Positions 47,991 through 57,152 of a DNA stretch of 64,000 nucleotides are shown piece after piece (position 1 is the first letter of the stretch; every line of letters begins with the position of its first letter). A model generated the notes under the pieces. It made no database searches, was not told the DNA's origin, and saw nothing but the letters and a program-made list of their open reading frames with translations. This DNA comes from Halobacteriaceae archaeon (GTDB taxonomy: Archaea > Halobacteriota > Halobacteria > Halobacteriales > Halobacteriaceae), in contig JBDGTJ010000012.1 in assembly GCA_042216925.1 (NCBI GenBank), positions 1,424-65,423 on the forward strand, read 5' to 3'. Made by a program: the position numbers and the translations under genes.

Positions 47991-48413
47991 ATGGGTTCGG
48001 ATATGTACCGCCAGCAGATCCTCGATCACTACAAGAACCCGCGGAACTACGGGGAGTTGGCGGCGCCGACGTTCACCCACGAGGGCCACAACTCCTCGTG
48101 TGGGGACGACCTCCGGTTCGAGGTGGCGCTCGGGGCGGACGAGGAGACGATCGAGGACGTGGCATTCACGGGTGAGGGCTGTGCGATCAGTCAGGCGAGT
48201 GCGAGCATGTTCAGTGAGGCGATCAAAGGGGAGTCCGTCGACGAGGTCATGGCGATGGACCGGGATGACGTCTTGGACTTGCTTGGCGTTGAGGTGACAC
48301 CGATGCGGGTGAAGTGTGCGGTGTTGGCGGAGAAGGTGATCCAGGACGGTGTGGAGCTGTATCGGTCGGGAGAGACACCGGCCGAGGCCCCAGAGACAAC
48401 GACCGAGGACTGA
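47991..48413 (+). CDS. Fe-S cluster assembly scaffold, SufU/IscU (NifU N-terminal) family
   Basis: Internal ATG (MGSDMYRQQILDHYKNPRNYGEL...). The three ligand Cys lie in NSSCGDD, GEGCAIS and VKCAVL. Confidence 0.88.
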   Translation: MGSDMYRQQILDHYKNPRNYGELAAPTFTHEGHNSSCGDDLRFEVALGADEETIEDVAFTGEGCAISQASASMFSEAIKGESVDEVMAMDRDDVLDLLGVEVTPMRVKCAVLAEKVIQDGVELYRSGETPAEAPETTTED

Positions 48414-48418
48414 TATTT

Positions 48419-48438
48419 CGCCCGACTTCAGTCGGGCG
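48419..48438 (+). terminator. Stem-loop immediately after the sufU-like stop
   Basis: CGCCCGAC-TTCA-GTCGGGCG is an 8-bp perfect stem with a 4-nt loop, starting 6 nt after the TGA. No long U-tract follows, so a terminator role is uncertain. Confidence 0.35.
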
Positions 48439-48797
48439 GCCCCGTCACAGACGGCGAGAGCGGTTCGGGTTGATGCGGTTGGGTTCTGTGGCCCCCGATC
48501 TCGGAGAGACGCGTTTGGGCTTGCCCCCAACAGGGGCCCGCCCAAGCGAGTCACGGTCATCGGTTCGGAAAGTGGCCGGGATGTATGCAGGGCGTCCGTT
48601 GTGGGGTTCTCTCGGTCCACGTGGAACGCCGATCTCCTGGGGTACCGACGTTCTGCTTGCTGACAACCCCGTTCCGGGGCGGTCGTTCCGTGGATACAAC
48701 GATTCTTCCGGGAAGTTTCGGGGTGTACGAAGGGTCCGACACATGTATGACAGGAACCTAACACTTATCGCGGTGGGTGGTCATCACCAATCGAAGG

Positions 48798-49577
48798 ATG
48801 GGAGTGCTCGCACGCCTGTTCGGGTGGGACCGCACTGCTGACCACCCGGACGATACGGTTGGGGGACGCACCGAAGCCGTCGCCGACGGCGGGGCGACGA
48901 ACGACCACGACCGACACCCGGACTCGGATACAACGGGGGATATCGACGTCGTCGACGAGCTCGTCGACCGGCTCCGCAACGACGACCTCAGCGACGACCA
49001 GCGCGCGGTCCTCCGCCGCGAACTCGGGGGACTCCCCCGGAGCCACGAGGTCAAGTTCCAGCACCTCCAGGCCCGGGTCGCCGACTTCGCCGCCTACAGC
49101 GACGCCATCGAGGAGTTCATCGACACCAACGGTACCGCCCGGGACGTCCTGGAGGAACTCGACGACATCGAGGACCGGTTCGCAGACCAGATCGAGGACC
49201 TGGAGGCCGACCTCGAGACCGCCGCCCAGGCCCGCACCGATCTCGAAACCCGGATCGACGGCCTCGCCGACGACCTCGAGGCCCTCGACGGGCTCCGCGA
49301 GGACCTCGCGACCCTCGAGAACCGTCTCGACGAACTCGCTGAGACCCACGAGGCCGATGTCGCCGACCTCGCCACCGCCCGGGAGGACGCGGTGACCGAA
49401 CTCCAGCATGCACAGGCCGAACTCGACCGCACCCACGCCGAGGATGTCGCCGCCCTCGAGGACACCGTCGAGGAGCGGACGACGGATCTCCGGGAAGAAC
49501 TCGAGGCGCTCCGTGCGGCGGCCGACGATCTCGAAAAACGGTGGAACCGCCTCGAAGGCGTCCTCGCCAGTCCCTGA
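48798..49577 (+). CDS. Acidic coiled-coil protein (hypothetical)
   Basis: ATG at 48798 (MGVLARLFGWDR...). The C-terminal 180 residues or so are heptad-like D/E/L-rich coiled coil (DLEADLETAAQARTDLETRIDGLADDLEALDGLREDLATLENRLDEL). Confidence 0.7.
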   Translation: MGVLARLFGWDRTADHPDDTVGGRTEAVADGGATNDHDRHPDSDTTGDIDVVDELVDRLRNDDLSDDQRAVLRRELGGLPRSHEVKFQHLQARVADFAAYSDAIEEFIDTNGTARDVLEELDDIEDRFADQIEDLEADLETAAQARTDLETRIDGLADDLEALDGLREDLATLENRLDELAETHEADVADLATAREDAVTELQHAQAELDRTHAEDVAALEDTVEERTTDLREELEALRAAADDLEKRWNRLEGVLASP

Positions 49578-49581
49578 TCCG

Positions 49582-50616
49582 TTACTCGGGGACGAGTCCC
49601 GCGTCCTGCACTCGCATCACTGCTTCGCCGTCTGCGAGGTTCGGTGCGTCCACGAGGCGGACGATCCGCTTGTCGTTTTTCGACTTCCGGAGATAGATCC
49701 GGAACGTCGAGGTGTGGCCGAGGATGTTCCCGCCGATGGGTTGGGTCGGATCGCCGAAGAACGAGTCCGGATTCGCCGCCACCTGGTTGGTGACCAACAC
49801 CGCACAGTTGTGCAGGTCCCCGATCCGCATGAGGTCATGGAGGTGTTTGTTCAGCTTCTGTTGGCGCTCGGCGAGTTCGCCCCGGCCGACGTACTCCGCC
49901 CGGAAGTGGGCGGTCAGGGAGTCGACGGACAGGAGTCGCACCGGGAACTCCCCGTTCTGGGACTCGGCGACCAGTTCCTTTGCCTTCTCCGCGAGGAGGA
50001 TCTGGTGATTGGAGTTGAACGCCTTGGCGACGTGGATCTCATCGAGGACGCTCTCGATCAAGGCGTCCATCGCCTCCTTGTCGTCGGGGTCGCCGTCGAC
50101 GCCGTGGAGCTCCATGGTATCGGCCAGGATGGTGTCGTCGAGGCCGCGGACCATGTCATCGATCCGTTCGGGGCGGAAGGTGTCCTCCGAGTCGACGAAC
50201 ACCGCCCCGCCCTCGAGTCCGCCGTGCTCTCGGGGGAGTTGGACGTTGACCGAGAGCTGGTGGGTGACCTGTGATTTCCCCGAGCCGAACTCCCCGTAGA
50301 CCTCCGTGATGGACTGGGTCTCGACGCCGCCACCCAGGAGGTCGTCGACCTCCTCGACCCCCCAGGAGAGCTTCCCGATCTGTTCGCGGCGTTCCAGGAC
50401 CGACGCTCCGGACTCGAACCCGCCGACATCGGCGGCTTGCCGGGCGCTCTGGATGATGTCGGCGGCCGTGGACTCGCCGACGTCGGCGGTGTTCGAGAGC
50501 TCCCCGGGACTGGCAACGGCGATGCTCTGATAGGATTCGAAGCCCGCGTCGCGGAGCTTCTCGGCGGTGGCGGGACCAACGCCCGAGAGCTCCTCGAGAT
50601 CTTCTGATGCGGCCAT
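49582..50616 (-). CDS. radA: DNA repair and recombination protein RadA
   Basis: Internal ATG ([33 protein letters not shown]...), an HhH N-domain. Walker A is GEFGSGKSQ, and the RecA core follows. The protein is 344 aa. Confidence 0.96.
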   Translation of the reverse strand: MAASEDLEELSGVGPATAEKLRDAGFESYQSIAVASPGELSNTADVGESTAADIIQSARQAADVGGFESGASVLERREQIGKLSWGVEEVDDLLGGGVETQSITEVYGEFGSGKSQVTHQLSVNVQLPREHGGLEGGAVFVDSEDTFRPERIDDMVRGLDDTILADTMELHGVDGDPDDKEAMDALIESVLDEIHVAKAFNSNHQILLAEKAKELVAESQNGEFPVRLLSVDSLTAHFRAEYVGRGELAERQQKLNKHLHDLMRIGDLHNCAVLVTNQVAANPDSFFGDPTQPIGGNILGHTSTFRIYLRKSKNDKRIVRLVDAPNLADGEAVMRVQDAGLVPE

Positions 50617-50744
50617 GTAGGCCGGGGTTCTCCCCCCTCCCGCATAAAGCCTCGTAAACACCGTACTGAAAGTAGAAATCCGTGGTGGGGGCTGGGACCG
50701 CCGTCCCAACACGCCTAAACGCCGGCACGCGTTACCCACAGACG

Positions 50745-51836
50745 ATGACGGACTCCAGTGGCGCGTTCTGCCCGGCCTGTGGGGCCGCCGTCGACCCCAC
50801 GGCCGGCCGGGGGCAAGCCGGCACCCGCCGGGAGCAGGCGCTGTGTGACGCCTGCTACTTCGACCGCTTCGACCTCGTCGACGCCCCCGAGTCCGTCGCC
50901 ATCACCGTCTGCGGGACGTGTGGCGCCGTCAGCGACGGCGACACCTGGGAAGACAACACCGACCCCACCAGCGTCGCCATCGACGCCGTCACCGACCAAC
51001 TCGGCGTCCACGCCGACGCCACGGACCTCACCTGGAGCGTCGACCCCGAACAGGTCGATGCCACCACACTCCGCCTGCACTGCCGGTTCAACGGCATCGT
51101 CCGGGACACCCACCTCGAGGACGAGGTCACCGTCCCCGTCTCGATCGGGGGTGGGACCTGTCCCAGATGCGGTCGCATCGCCGGGGATTACTACGCCGCC
51201 ACCGTCCAGGTACGGGCCACCGGTCGCACCCCCACGACGAGCGAGGTCGACCGCGCGGTGACCATCGCCCGTGACGCCGTCGCCGACCGCACCGAGGACG
51301 GCGACCGAGACGCCTTCATCAGTGAGGTCGACCGAACGGCCGACGGCGTCGACATCAAGCTCTCCGACACCCAACTCGCCCGCGCCGTCGCCACCAGCAT
51401 CCAGGCCGATCTCGGCGGCTCACTCACCGACACCCGCACCCTCGTCACCGAAGACCAGGACGGCAACGAGGTGTACCGTTCCACCTACGCCGTCCGACTG
51501 CCCCGCTATACCCCCGGTGACATCATCGACCCAGGCGACGGCGACGGCCCGGTACTCATCCGATCGGTCGCGGGCAACCTGAAAGGCGTCCGCTTGACGA
51601 CGGGGGACACCTACGAGGCCACGGCCGATCCCGACACCGCACGCAGCCTCGGTTCCCGCACCGACGCCGAGGAGACCACCCTCGTCGCCGTCATCGACGA
51701 ACACGCCGTCCAGGTGCTCGACCCCGACACCGCCGACACCACGACGGTGCCTCGACCGTCGTATCTCGACTCCGAGATGGACACTGTCACCGTCCTCAAG
51801 TCCCGAGCGGGCCTCCACATCCTCCCACCCGAGTAA
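50745..51836 (+). CDS. nmd3: NMD3-family (60S export/ribosome biogenesis homolog) protein
   Basis: Internal ATG ([16 protein letters not shown]...[11 protein letters not shown]...CGTCG...CPRCGR). It has the four CxxC pairs and a length typical of archaeal NMD3. Confidence 0.85.
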   Translation: MTDSSGAFCPACGAAVDPTAGRGQAGTRREQALCDACYFDRFDLVDAPESVAITVCGTCGAVSDGDTWEDNTDPTSVAIDAVTDQLGVHADATDLTWSVDPEQVDATTLRLHCRFNGIVRDTHLEDEVTVPVSIGGGTCPRCGRIAGDYYAATVQVRATGRTPTTSEVDRAVTIARDAVADRTEDGDRDAFISEVDRTADGVDIKLSDTQLARAVATSIQADLGGSLTDTRTLVTEDQDGNEVYRSTYAVRLPRYTPGDIIDPGDGDGPVLIRSVAGNLKGVRLTTGDTYEATADPDTARSLGSRTDAEETTLVAVIDEHAVQVLDPDTADTTTVPRPSYLDSEMDTVTVLKSRAGLHILPPE

Positions 51837-51871
51837 CCATCGCTCGCCCGAACCGTTTTCCCACCCCACGC

Positions 51872-51967
51872 ATGAACACCGGTATGGACCGCCAGCAACT
51901 CCTCGCCCTGCTCCTGGTATTGTTAATGCTGGGCTCGGCGAGCCTCGGCGTCATCACCCAACTGTGA
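51872..51967 (+). CDS. Possible 31-aa single-TM micropeptide
   Basis: My translation gives MNTGMDRQQLLALLLVLLMLGSASLGVITQL. The evidence is only an ORF with one hydrophobic helix. Confidence 0.25.
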   Translation: MNTGMDRQQLLALLLVLLMLGSASLGVITQL

Positions 51968-51969
51968 GG

Positions 51970-52182
51970 TCACTCCTCGGCATCGGCCAACGCCGCCACA
52001 TCGGCTGCCGTCGGCTCCGCCGGGAGCTTCTCGATACACTCGAAACAGAGGAAGTGCTCGGTCCCGTCGCTGTCGAACTCGAGTGTCAACCCACCGGTCT
52101 CGGTGTGCTCTCGCGTCCAGATGTTCGCGATCCCACCCGCGATGCCAACCTCCCGCCCACACCCATCACACCGATCGCCCAT
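51970..52182 (-). CDS. 70-aa acidic CxxC...CxxC protein (hypothetical zinc finger)
   Basis: Internal ATG of ORF 51970..52362 gives MGDRCDGCGREVGIAGGIANIWTREHTETGGLTLEFDSDGTEHFLCFECIEKLPAEPTAADVAALADAEE. Confidence 0.5.
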   Translation of the reverse strand: MGDRCDGCGREVGIAGGIANIWTREHTETGGLTLEFDSDGTEHFLCFECIEKLPAEPTAADVAALADAEE

Positions 52183-52225
52183 ACCCCAACCCGGGTCGCC
52201 ACCGGCATAAGTCCCCGTCGAGTTT

Positions 52226-53110
52226 TTGCCTGCCCGTATCGACGTCGCCTGCATGGACGTCGACTGTGCGGGGTGTGCCGGCTGCTGTATCGACTGGCGC
52301 CCGCTCACCGACACACCCCACGACCACGAACGCCGCGGTCCCCGCCAGCCCCTCGATGACACCTACAACCTCGTCCCCCTGACCCGTGACGACGTCAACG
52401 CCCTCCTGGAGGCCGGGTACGCCGACGCCATGACCCCACGACTCTGGCGGGCAACCGACGGGCCGACCGTCACCGTCGACGGCGTCGACCTCGCGGCTAT
52501 CGACGACCGTCCAGCGTTCTTCCTCGGGTTGCGAACCCCACCGAAACCGGTCGCTCCCTTCGACACCGATCCTGCTTGGCTCTCCACGTGTGCGTTCCTC
52601 GATCCCACCACCCTCCAGTGCCGGATCCACGACACCGATATCTACCCAACGGAGTGCGATACCTACCCCGCACACAACCTGGACCTCGGCGCCGAGACAG
52701 AGTGTGAACGCGTCGAGGACGCCTTCGGCGGCAGCCGTCTCCGTGACCGTTCGGTCCCCGGGGATGTCGGACAGCGCCTTCTTGGTCCCCAGGCAATCGG
52801 CCACACGGTGTTTGCCTACCCGGATCCCACCGACCTCACCGGCGTCGTCGAGGACATCGCCACCCGCACCCTCGACCAGGCCACCCGGGCACGGTTCGTG
52901 GCGGTGGCAGCAGCCAGTGCACCCGGGACCGTCGAACTCAACGAAGACCGGTTCCAGTCGGCGCTCGCGACGGCACGAACCGCCAGATCCTGGGTGGGGG
53001 CCGCAATCGAGGACTGGACCACCCACGCGGACAGGGCTACCCCCGATCCGTCACTCGCCCGGACCGTAGAAGACGACCGCGGGGCGCCCGAGACGCCTGG
53101 CTGGGACTGA
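52226..53110 (+). CDS. YkgJ/UPF0153-type cysteine-cluster (CxxCxxCC) protein
   Basis: The N-terminus contains CAGCAGCC, and further Cys residues follow (TCAFLDPTTLQCRIHD...PTECD). The alternative start MDVDC is at 52253. The long C-terminal extension is uncharacterised. Confidence 0.7.
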   Translation: MPARIDVACMDVDCAGCAGCCIDWRPLTDTPHDHERRGPRQPLDDTYNLVPLTRDDVNALLEAGYADAMTPRLWRATDGPTVTVDGVDLAAIDDRPAFFLGLRTPPKPVAPFDTDPAWLSTCAFLDPTTLQCRIHDTDIYPTECDTYPAHNLDLGAETECERVEDAFGGSRLRDRSVPGDVGQRLLGPQAIGHTVFAYPDPTDLTGVVEDIATRTLDQATRARFVAVAAASAPGTVELNEDRFQSALATARTARSWVGAAIEDWTTHADRATPDPSLARTVEDDRGAPETPGWD

Positions 53111-53161
53111 CCTGGACCGGTGCAGCCGCTCCGCGCGGTGTGTCGCGAGAAACAGGACCGA

Positions 53162-53332
53162 TCACTTGGACTTGATTTCCTGGAACTGCTCGAGCAGCGT
53201 CTCCGTGTCCGCGTCGTCGTACTCGACCTCGCCCTCGTAGGATGAACGGGTGTCGTCCTCGCTCAGGTCGACGTCGGTGTTCTTCCGCTCGCGACGTTCG
53301 TGCTCGTCTTCGTCATAGGCACCCATTGACAT
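53162..53332 (-). CDS. Small highly acidic protein (DUF5786-like)
   Basis: Internal ATG gives MSMGAYDEDEHERRERKNTDVDLSEDDTRSSYEGEVEYDDADTETLLEQFQEIKSK, a conserved haloarchaeal pattern. Confidence 0.6.
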   Translation of the reverse strand: MSMGAYDEDEHERRERKNTDVDLSEDDTRSSYEGEVEYDDADTETLLEQFQEIKSK

Positions 53333-53444
53333 GGTAAGGACACACGTACTTTCCGGTGGTTCATAATGAATGTAACGGACAGACCGGTGCTGTCGCCCCG
53401 CCGGCGACGACAACCCCTTTCCCACACCGCCGCACACCGCGGGT

Positions 53445-54239
53445 ATGGTCTACGCGGATCTCCACGTCCACACCACCACCTCGGACGGCGTTCTCACCCT
53501 CGAGACACTGCCGGCCGCCGCCGACGACGCTGGCGTATCCGTCGTTGCCGTCACCGACCACGACCGCATCAACGACGACCTCGGGGCGCCGGTCGTGGAA
53601 CGCGACGGCCTCACCATCATCAACGGCATCGAACTCCGGGTCGATCCCGGCGATGCCCAGGACCGCGTCGACCTGTTGGGCTACGGACTGGAGCCGACTC
53701 CGGCACTCCGCGATGAGATCGACCGCCTACAGGCCGACCGCCGGGAGCGTGGCGCCGCCATCCAGAGGCATCTGGAAGCCCGCCTCGACGTCACCCTCGA
53801 CGTGGACATCCGCTCCGGGATCGGTCGCCCCCACCTCGCCAAAGCGGTCGTCGACCACCCCGACACCCAATACACCGACCCGGACGACGTCTTCGCGTCG
53901 TTGATCGGGGAGGACGGCCCGTGTTTCGTCCCACGGGACGTCACCAGCTTCCAGACTGGTACCTCGCTGCTGGCCGACGCCTGTGCCATCGTCGCCCTCG
54001 CCCACCCGTTCCGGTACGATGACCCCGCCACCGCACTCGAACTCGCCACGGACCTCGACGCTGTCGAAGGCCCCTATCCCTACGACCACCGCGTCGAGGA
54101 CCCCCTCCTCGATGCGGCGATCGCCGACCACGACCTCCTGGTCACCGGCGGGAGCGACGCCCACGACACCGTCCTCGGCCGCGCCGGCCTCTCTGAACGC
54201 GAGTACCGGGAGCTGCGGCCACATCTCTCGAAGCCGTAG
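53445..54239 (+). CDS. PHP domain metal-dependent phosphoesterase
   Basis: MVYADLHVHTTTSDG, VAVTDHD, GIEL and GGSDAHD are the PHP metal-binding motifs. Confidence 0.88.
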   Translation: MVYADLHVHTTTSDGVLTLETLPAAADDAGVSVVAVTDHDRINDDLGAPVVERDGLTIINGIELRVDPGDAQDRVDLLGYGLEPTPALRDEIDRLQADRRERGAAIQRHLEARLDVTLDVDIRSGIGRPHLAKAVVDHPDTQYTDPDDVFASLIGEDGPCFVPRDVTSFQTGTSLLADACAIVALAHPFRYDDPATALELATDLDAVEGPYPYDHRVEDPLLDAAIADHDLLVTGGSDAHDTVLGRAGLSEREYRELRPHLSKP

Positions 54240-54271
54240 CCTTCAGGACCCCCGGGGGCCTAGGGGTGTGT

Positions 54272-54436
54272 ATGCAGTGTCACTACTGCGATGCCGACGC
54301 CGACGTCACCGTCGAGAAAGGCGGGATCGTCGTCGGCCTCTGCGAGGAGGACTTCCGGGCGCGGTTGGAGGAGCTCAACGACGCCGAAGCCCTGGAAGAC
54401 CTCCGAGAGCAACTCGACATCGACCGCCCCGAGTAA
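54272..54436 (+). CDS. 54-aa acidic micro-protein with an N-terminal CxxC
   Basis: My translation gives MQCHYCDADADVTVEKGGIVVGLCEEDFRARLEELNDAEALEDLREQLDIDRPE. It is below the ORF-track cut-off and has a haloarchaeal acidic composition. Confidence 0.45.
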   Translation: MQCHYCDADADVTVEKGGIVVGLCEEDFRARLEELNDAEALEDLREQLDIDRPE

Positions 54437-54534
54437 CCTCGCTGGTCCCCGATCACCGTGTTCGTGCGGCCTGCCCGACCGCATTCGTTTCCTGAGCCAC
54501 CACGCCTAACCACTACCACCGCGTACCCACCGAT

Positions 54535-55002
54535 ATGCAACGGGTCCGGTTGGACGAGATGGACGATCGCATGGGACCGGCCGCGGTCCAACGACCGTTG
54601 ACCGACGTCCTGGGATTGGCCGACGTCGCGATCAACTACTACGAACTCGCGCCCGGGGACAGTTTCGCGTACGGATTCCACGCCCACGCCGACCAGGAGG
54701 AGATCTTCTACATCCAGGAGGGCACCGTCACCTTCCGCACGGCCGAGGACCCGATCGAGGTATCGGCCGGCGAACTCGTCCGGTTCGGCCCCGGCGAGTA
54801 CCAACGCGGCATCAACGACGGGGAGGACCGTGTCCTCGCCCTCGCGATCGGTGCCCCCCAAGACTCGGGGGCGACGGAGATCCTCCGAGCGTGTGAGACC
54901 TGCGATGGCGAAACCCCCCACGCCATCGAACTCGCCGACGATCGGAGTGCCGTCCTCGCCCGGTGCCTGGAGTGTGATACCGTCACCGGTCGCTTCGACT
55001 GA
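54535..55002 (+). CDS. Cupin domain protein with a C-terminal four-Cys zinc ribbon
   Basis: The cupin motifs are GFHAHADQEEIFYIQEG and VRFGPGEYQRG. The C-terminus carries CETCDG...CLECD. Confidence 0.8.
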   Translation: MQRVRLDEMDDRMGPAAVQRPLTDVLGLADVAINYYELAPGDSFAYGFHAHADQEEIFYIQEGTVTFRTAEDPIEVSAGELVRFGPGEYQRGINDGEDRVLALAIGAPQDSGATEILRACETCDGETPHAIELADDRSAVLARCLECDTVTGRFD

Positions 55003-55006
55003 CCGG

Positions 55007-56170
55007 TCACTCGAACGCCGGGTACCCCGTGAGGTCCTCACCGAGGATCAACGTGTGGATGTCATGGGTCCCCTCGTAGGTGTAGACGGTCTCCATGTTC
55101 TGCATGTGCCGCATCGGCGAATAGTCGACCGTGATCCCGTTCCCACCGAGGATCTCCCGGGCGACCCGCGCCTGGTCGCGGGCCACGCGGACGTTGTGGC
55201 GTTTGGCCATCGAGACGTGTTGGGGGCGCAACTCGCCCCGTTCCTTGAGGGTGGCCAACCGGTAGGCCAACAGTTGTGCGGTCGTGATCTGGGTCGCCAT
55301 CTCCGCGAGTTTCTCCTGTTGGAGCTGGAACCGGGCGATCGGCCCGCCGAACTGGTCGCGGTCCTGGGCGTAGGCCAGGGCCACCTCGAAACTGTCCCGG
55401 GCCGCCCCGACCGCGCCCCACGCGATCCCGTACCGGGCCTGGGTGAGACAGGACAACGGCCCCTTCATCCCCGAGACCTCCGGTAACACGGCGGTGTCGG
55501 GGACGTGGACGTTCTGCAGGGCGAGTTCCCCGGTGCTCGACGCCCGCAGCGACAGCTTCCCGTCGATCTCGTTGGTGGTGACGTTGGCGGCATCGGTCTC
55601 CACGAGGAACCCACGAACCGGATTCTCGGCACTCGATTGGTCCCGCGCCCAGACGACCGCGACGTCGGCAAGTGGCGCGTTGGTGATCCACGTCTTCGTC
55701 CCGGAGAGCGTATACCCGTCGCCGTCGGCCACCGCGGTAGTCTCCATGCCCGCCGGGTTGGACCCGTGGTCGGGTTCGGTCAACCCGAAACAGCCGACAG
55801 CCTCGCCCTCGGCGAGGGGTGGCAGCCACCGATCTCGTTGGTCGGGACTGCCGTAGGCGTAGATCGGGTACATGACGAGGGCGCCTTGCACCGAGGCCAT
55901 CGACCGTACTCCGGAGTCACACGCCTCCAGTTCCTGCATCAACACACCGTACGCGCGTTCGCTGACGTCAGGCAATCCGTGGCTGTCGAGGTTCGGCGCA
56001 TAGAACCCCAACGCCCCCATCTCGGGGATCAATTCCGTGGGGAAGCTCCCCTCGAGGTAGTGGTCGCCGATGATCGGGCGGACGTTGTCCGCGACGAACT
56101 CCCGGGCTGTGTCCCGGATAAGTCGCTCCTCGTCGTCGAGGTCCGCCTCCAATCCCACGTAATCGAGCAT
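55007..56170 (-). CDS. Acyl-CoA dehydrogenase (glutaryl-CoA dehydrogenase-like)
   Basis: Internal ATG (MLDYVGLEADLDDEERLIRDTAREF...). GCFGLTEPDHGSNPAGMETTA and the C-terminal catalytic region YEGTHDIHTLILG support the call. The upstream ORF extension is Arg-rich. Confidence 0.9.
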   Translation of the reverse strand: MLDYVGLEADLDDEERLIRDTAREFVADNVRPIIGDHYLEGSFPTELIPEMGALGFYAPNLDSHGLPDVSERAYGVLMQELEACDSGVRSMASVQGALVMYPIYAYGSPDQRDRWLPPLAEGEAVGCFGLTEPDHGSNPAGMETTAVADGDGYTLSGTKTWITNAPLADVAVVWARDQSSAENPVRGFLVETDAANVTTNEIDGKLSLRASSTGELALQNVHVPDTAVLPEVSGMKGPLSCLTQARYGIAWGAVGAARDSFEVALAYAQDRDQFGGPIARFQLQQEKLAEMATQITTAQLLAYRLATLKERGELRPQHVSMAKRHNVRVARDQARVAREILGGNGITVDYSPMRHMQNMETVYTYEGTHDIHTLILGEDLTGYPAFE

Positions 56171-56220
56171 GCTCGGGACTGCGTCGCGACTCGGGAAAAG
56201 CATGCCCCTGTCAGCCCTCG

Positions 56221-56751
56221 ATGGGTTCCGTCGCCGTTTTCTATGGGGCAACACACGCCGATGGTGTGCCTGATCGCCCCGTTCGGACCGGTGTGCTCGC
56301 CGGGGTGCTCGCCCTCGTCCTCGGTGCGGTCGCGTGGGCATAGGGTCGCCCGTTCCTGTTCCCGAGTCTCGGCCCTACGGCGTACGCGCTCGCCACCGAT
56401 CCCGACGCTGGGACGGGTCGCCCGGATCGGGTCGTCGGCGGCCACGTCATCGGCGCCATCGCAAGGTTCGGCGCCTACCACCTCCTGGCGGCCGGCCTCG
56501 TGGCGACGACCATGCCCGCACCGCTGTCTCTCGCAGGGGCGTGGTTGGCGGCGAGCGCGACGGTGGCAGTCGCCGTCACGACCACCGGGATGCATGCCAC
56601 CGACCTCCGCCACCCGCCTGCCTGTGCCACCACGTTGATCGTCGCCCTCGGACTGTTGAGCGGTCTCACCGACGTGCTGATCATCGTCCTCGCAGTCGCC
56701 CTCTTGGCCGCCCTCCATCGTGGCGGGTACTGGGTGTGGGGCCATCACTGA
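56221..56751 (+). pseudogene. HPP family membrane protein interrupted by an in-frame TAG at 56341-56343
   Basis: Reading one frame from ATG 56221 gives MGSVAVFYGATHADGVPDRPVRTGVLAGVLALVLGAVAWA*GRPFLFPSLGPTAYALATDPDAGTGRPDRVVGGHVIGAI...MHATDLRHPPACATTLIVAL...GHH. The HPPAxAT signature and family-like sequence lie on both sides of the stop. The ORF track shows only the GTG-started tail at 56500..56751. Confidence 0.7.
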
Positions 56752-56779
56752 CTTGTGGCCACAGCCCGCATACCGGGGT

Positions 56780-57103
56780 ATGGGATATACCACGACGAGC
56801 TACGGTGACGTGGAACCGGTCGCCGACGGCATGCACTTCCTCCGGGACCCGCTGGAGACCGAGGCGGTCGGGTTCACGGTCCTGGAGTGTGACCCCGAGT
56901 GGTCCGGGCAGCCACACGACCACGCCGACGAGGACCACGAGGAGGTGTACTTCCTCGTGGAGGGCGATGCGAGCGTGGAGATCGAGGGTCGGACCGTCGA
57001 CCTCGACCCGGGTGACGCCGTCCGCATCGATCCGGAGGACACCCGCCAGCTCCGTGTCGGGGACACGGCGAGTCGCCTCGTCCTCGTCGGTGCCGACCGG
57101 TGA
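56780..57103 (+). CDS. Cupin domain protein
   Basis: Internal ATG (MGYTTTSYGDVEPVADGMHFLRD...). The cupin motifs are GQPHDHADEDHEEVYFLVEG and VRIDPEDTRQL. Confidence 0.8.
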   Translation: MGYTTTSYGDVEPVADGMHFLRDPLETEAVGFTVLECDPEWSGQPHDHADEDHEEVYFLVEGDASVEIEGRTVDLDPGDAVRIDPEDTRQLRVGDTASRLVLVGADR

Positions 57104-57152
57104 CGTTGACTGCCTCCCCGCGCTGAAGGGCGAGGCTTCCGCTCGCTATCCG

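Noticed and set aside
48440-48760. SRP (7S) RNA or RNase P RNA in the long spacer, given that ftsY and srp54 are nearby.
   Set aside because: There are only loose resemblances: GGAAAGTGGCCGGG versus the RNase P CR-I GGAAAGUCCGGG, and a CCCCGGAACGGGG hairpin on the minus strand. I saw no matching P4 3' strand, no helix-8 GGAA...AGCA arrangement and no UGUAAC Alu motif. I kept it as a generic ncRNA or UTR candidate only.
56341-56343. The in-frame TAG in the HPP gene read as pyrrolysine.
   Set aside because: No pylTSBCD genes occur in the window, and Pyl decoding is not known in Halobacteria. A nonsense mutation, a sequencing error or low-level readthrough are more parsimonious.
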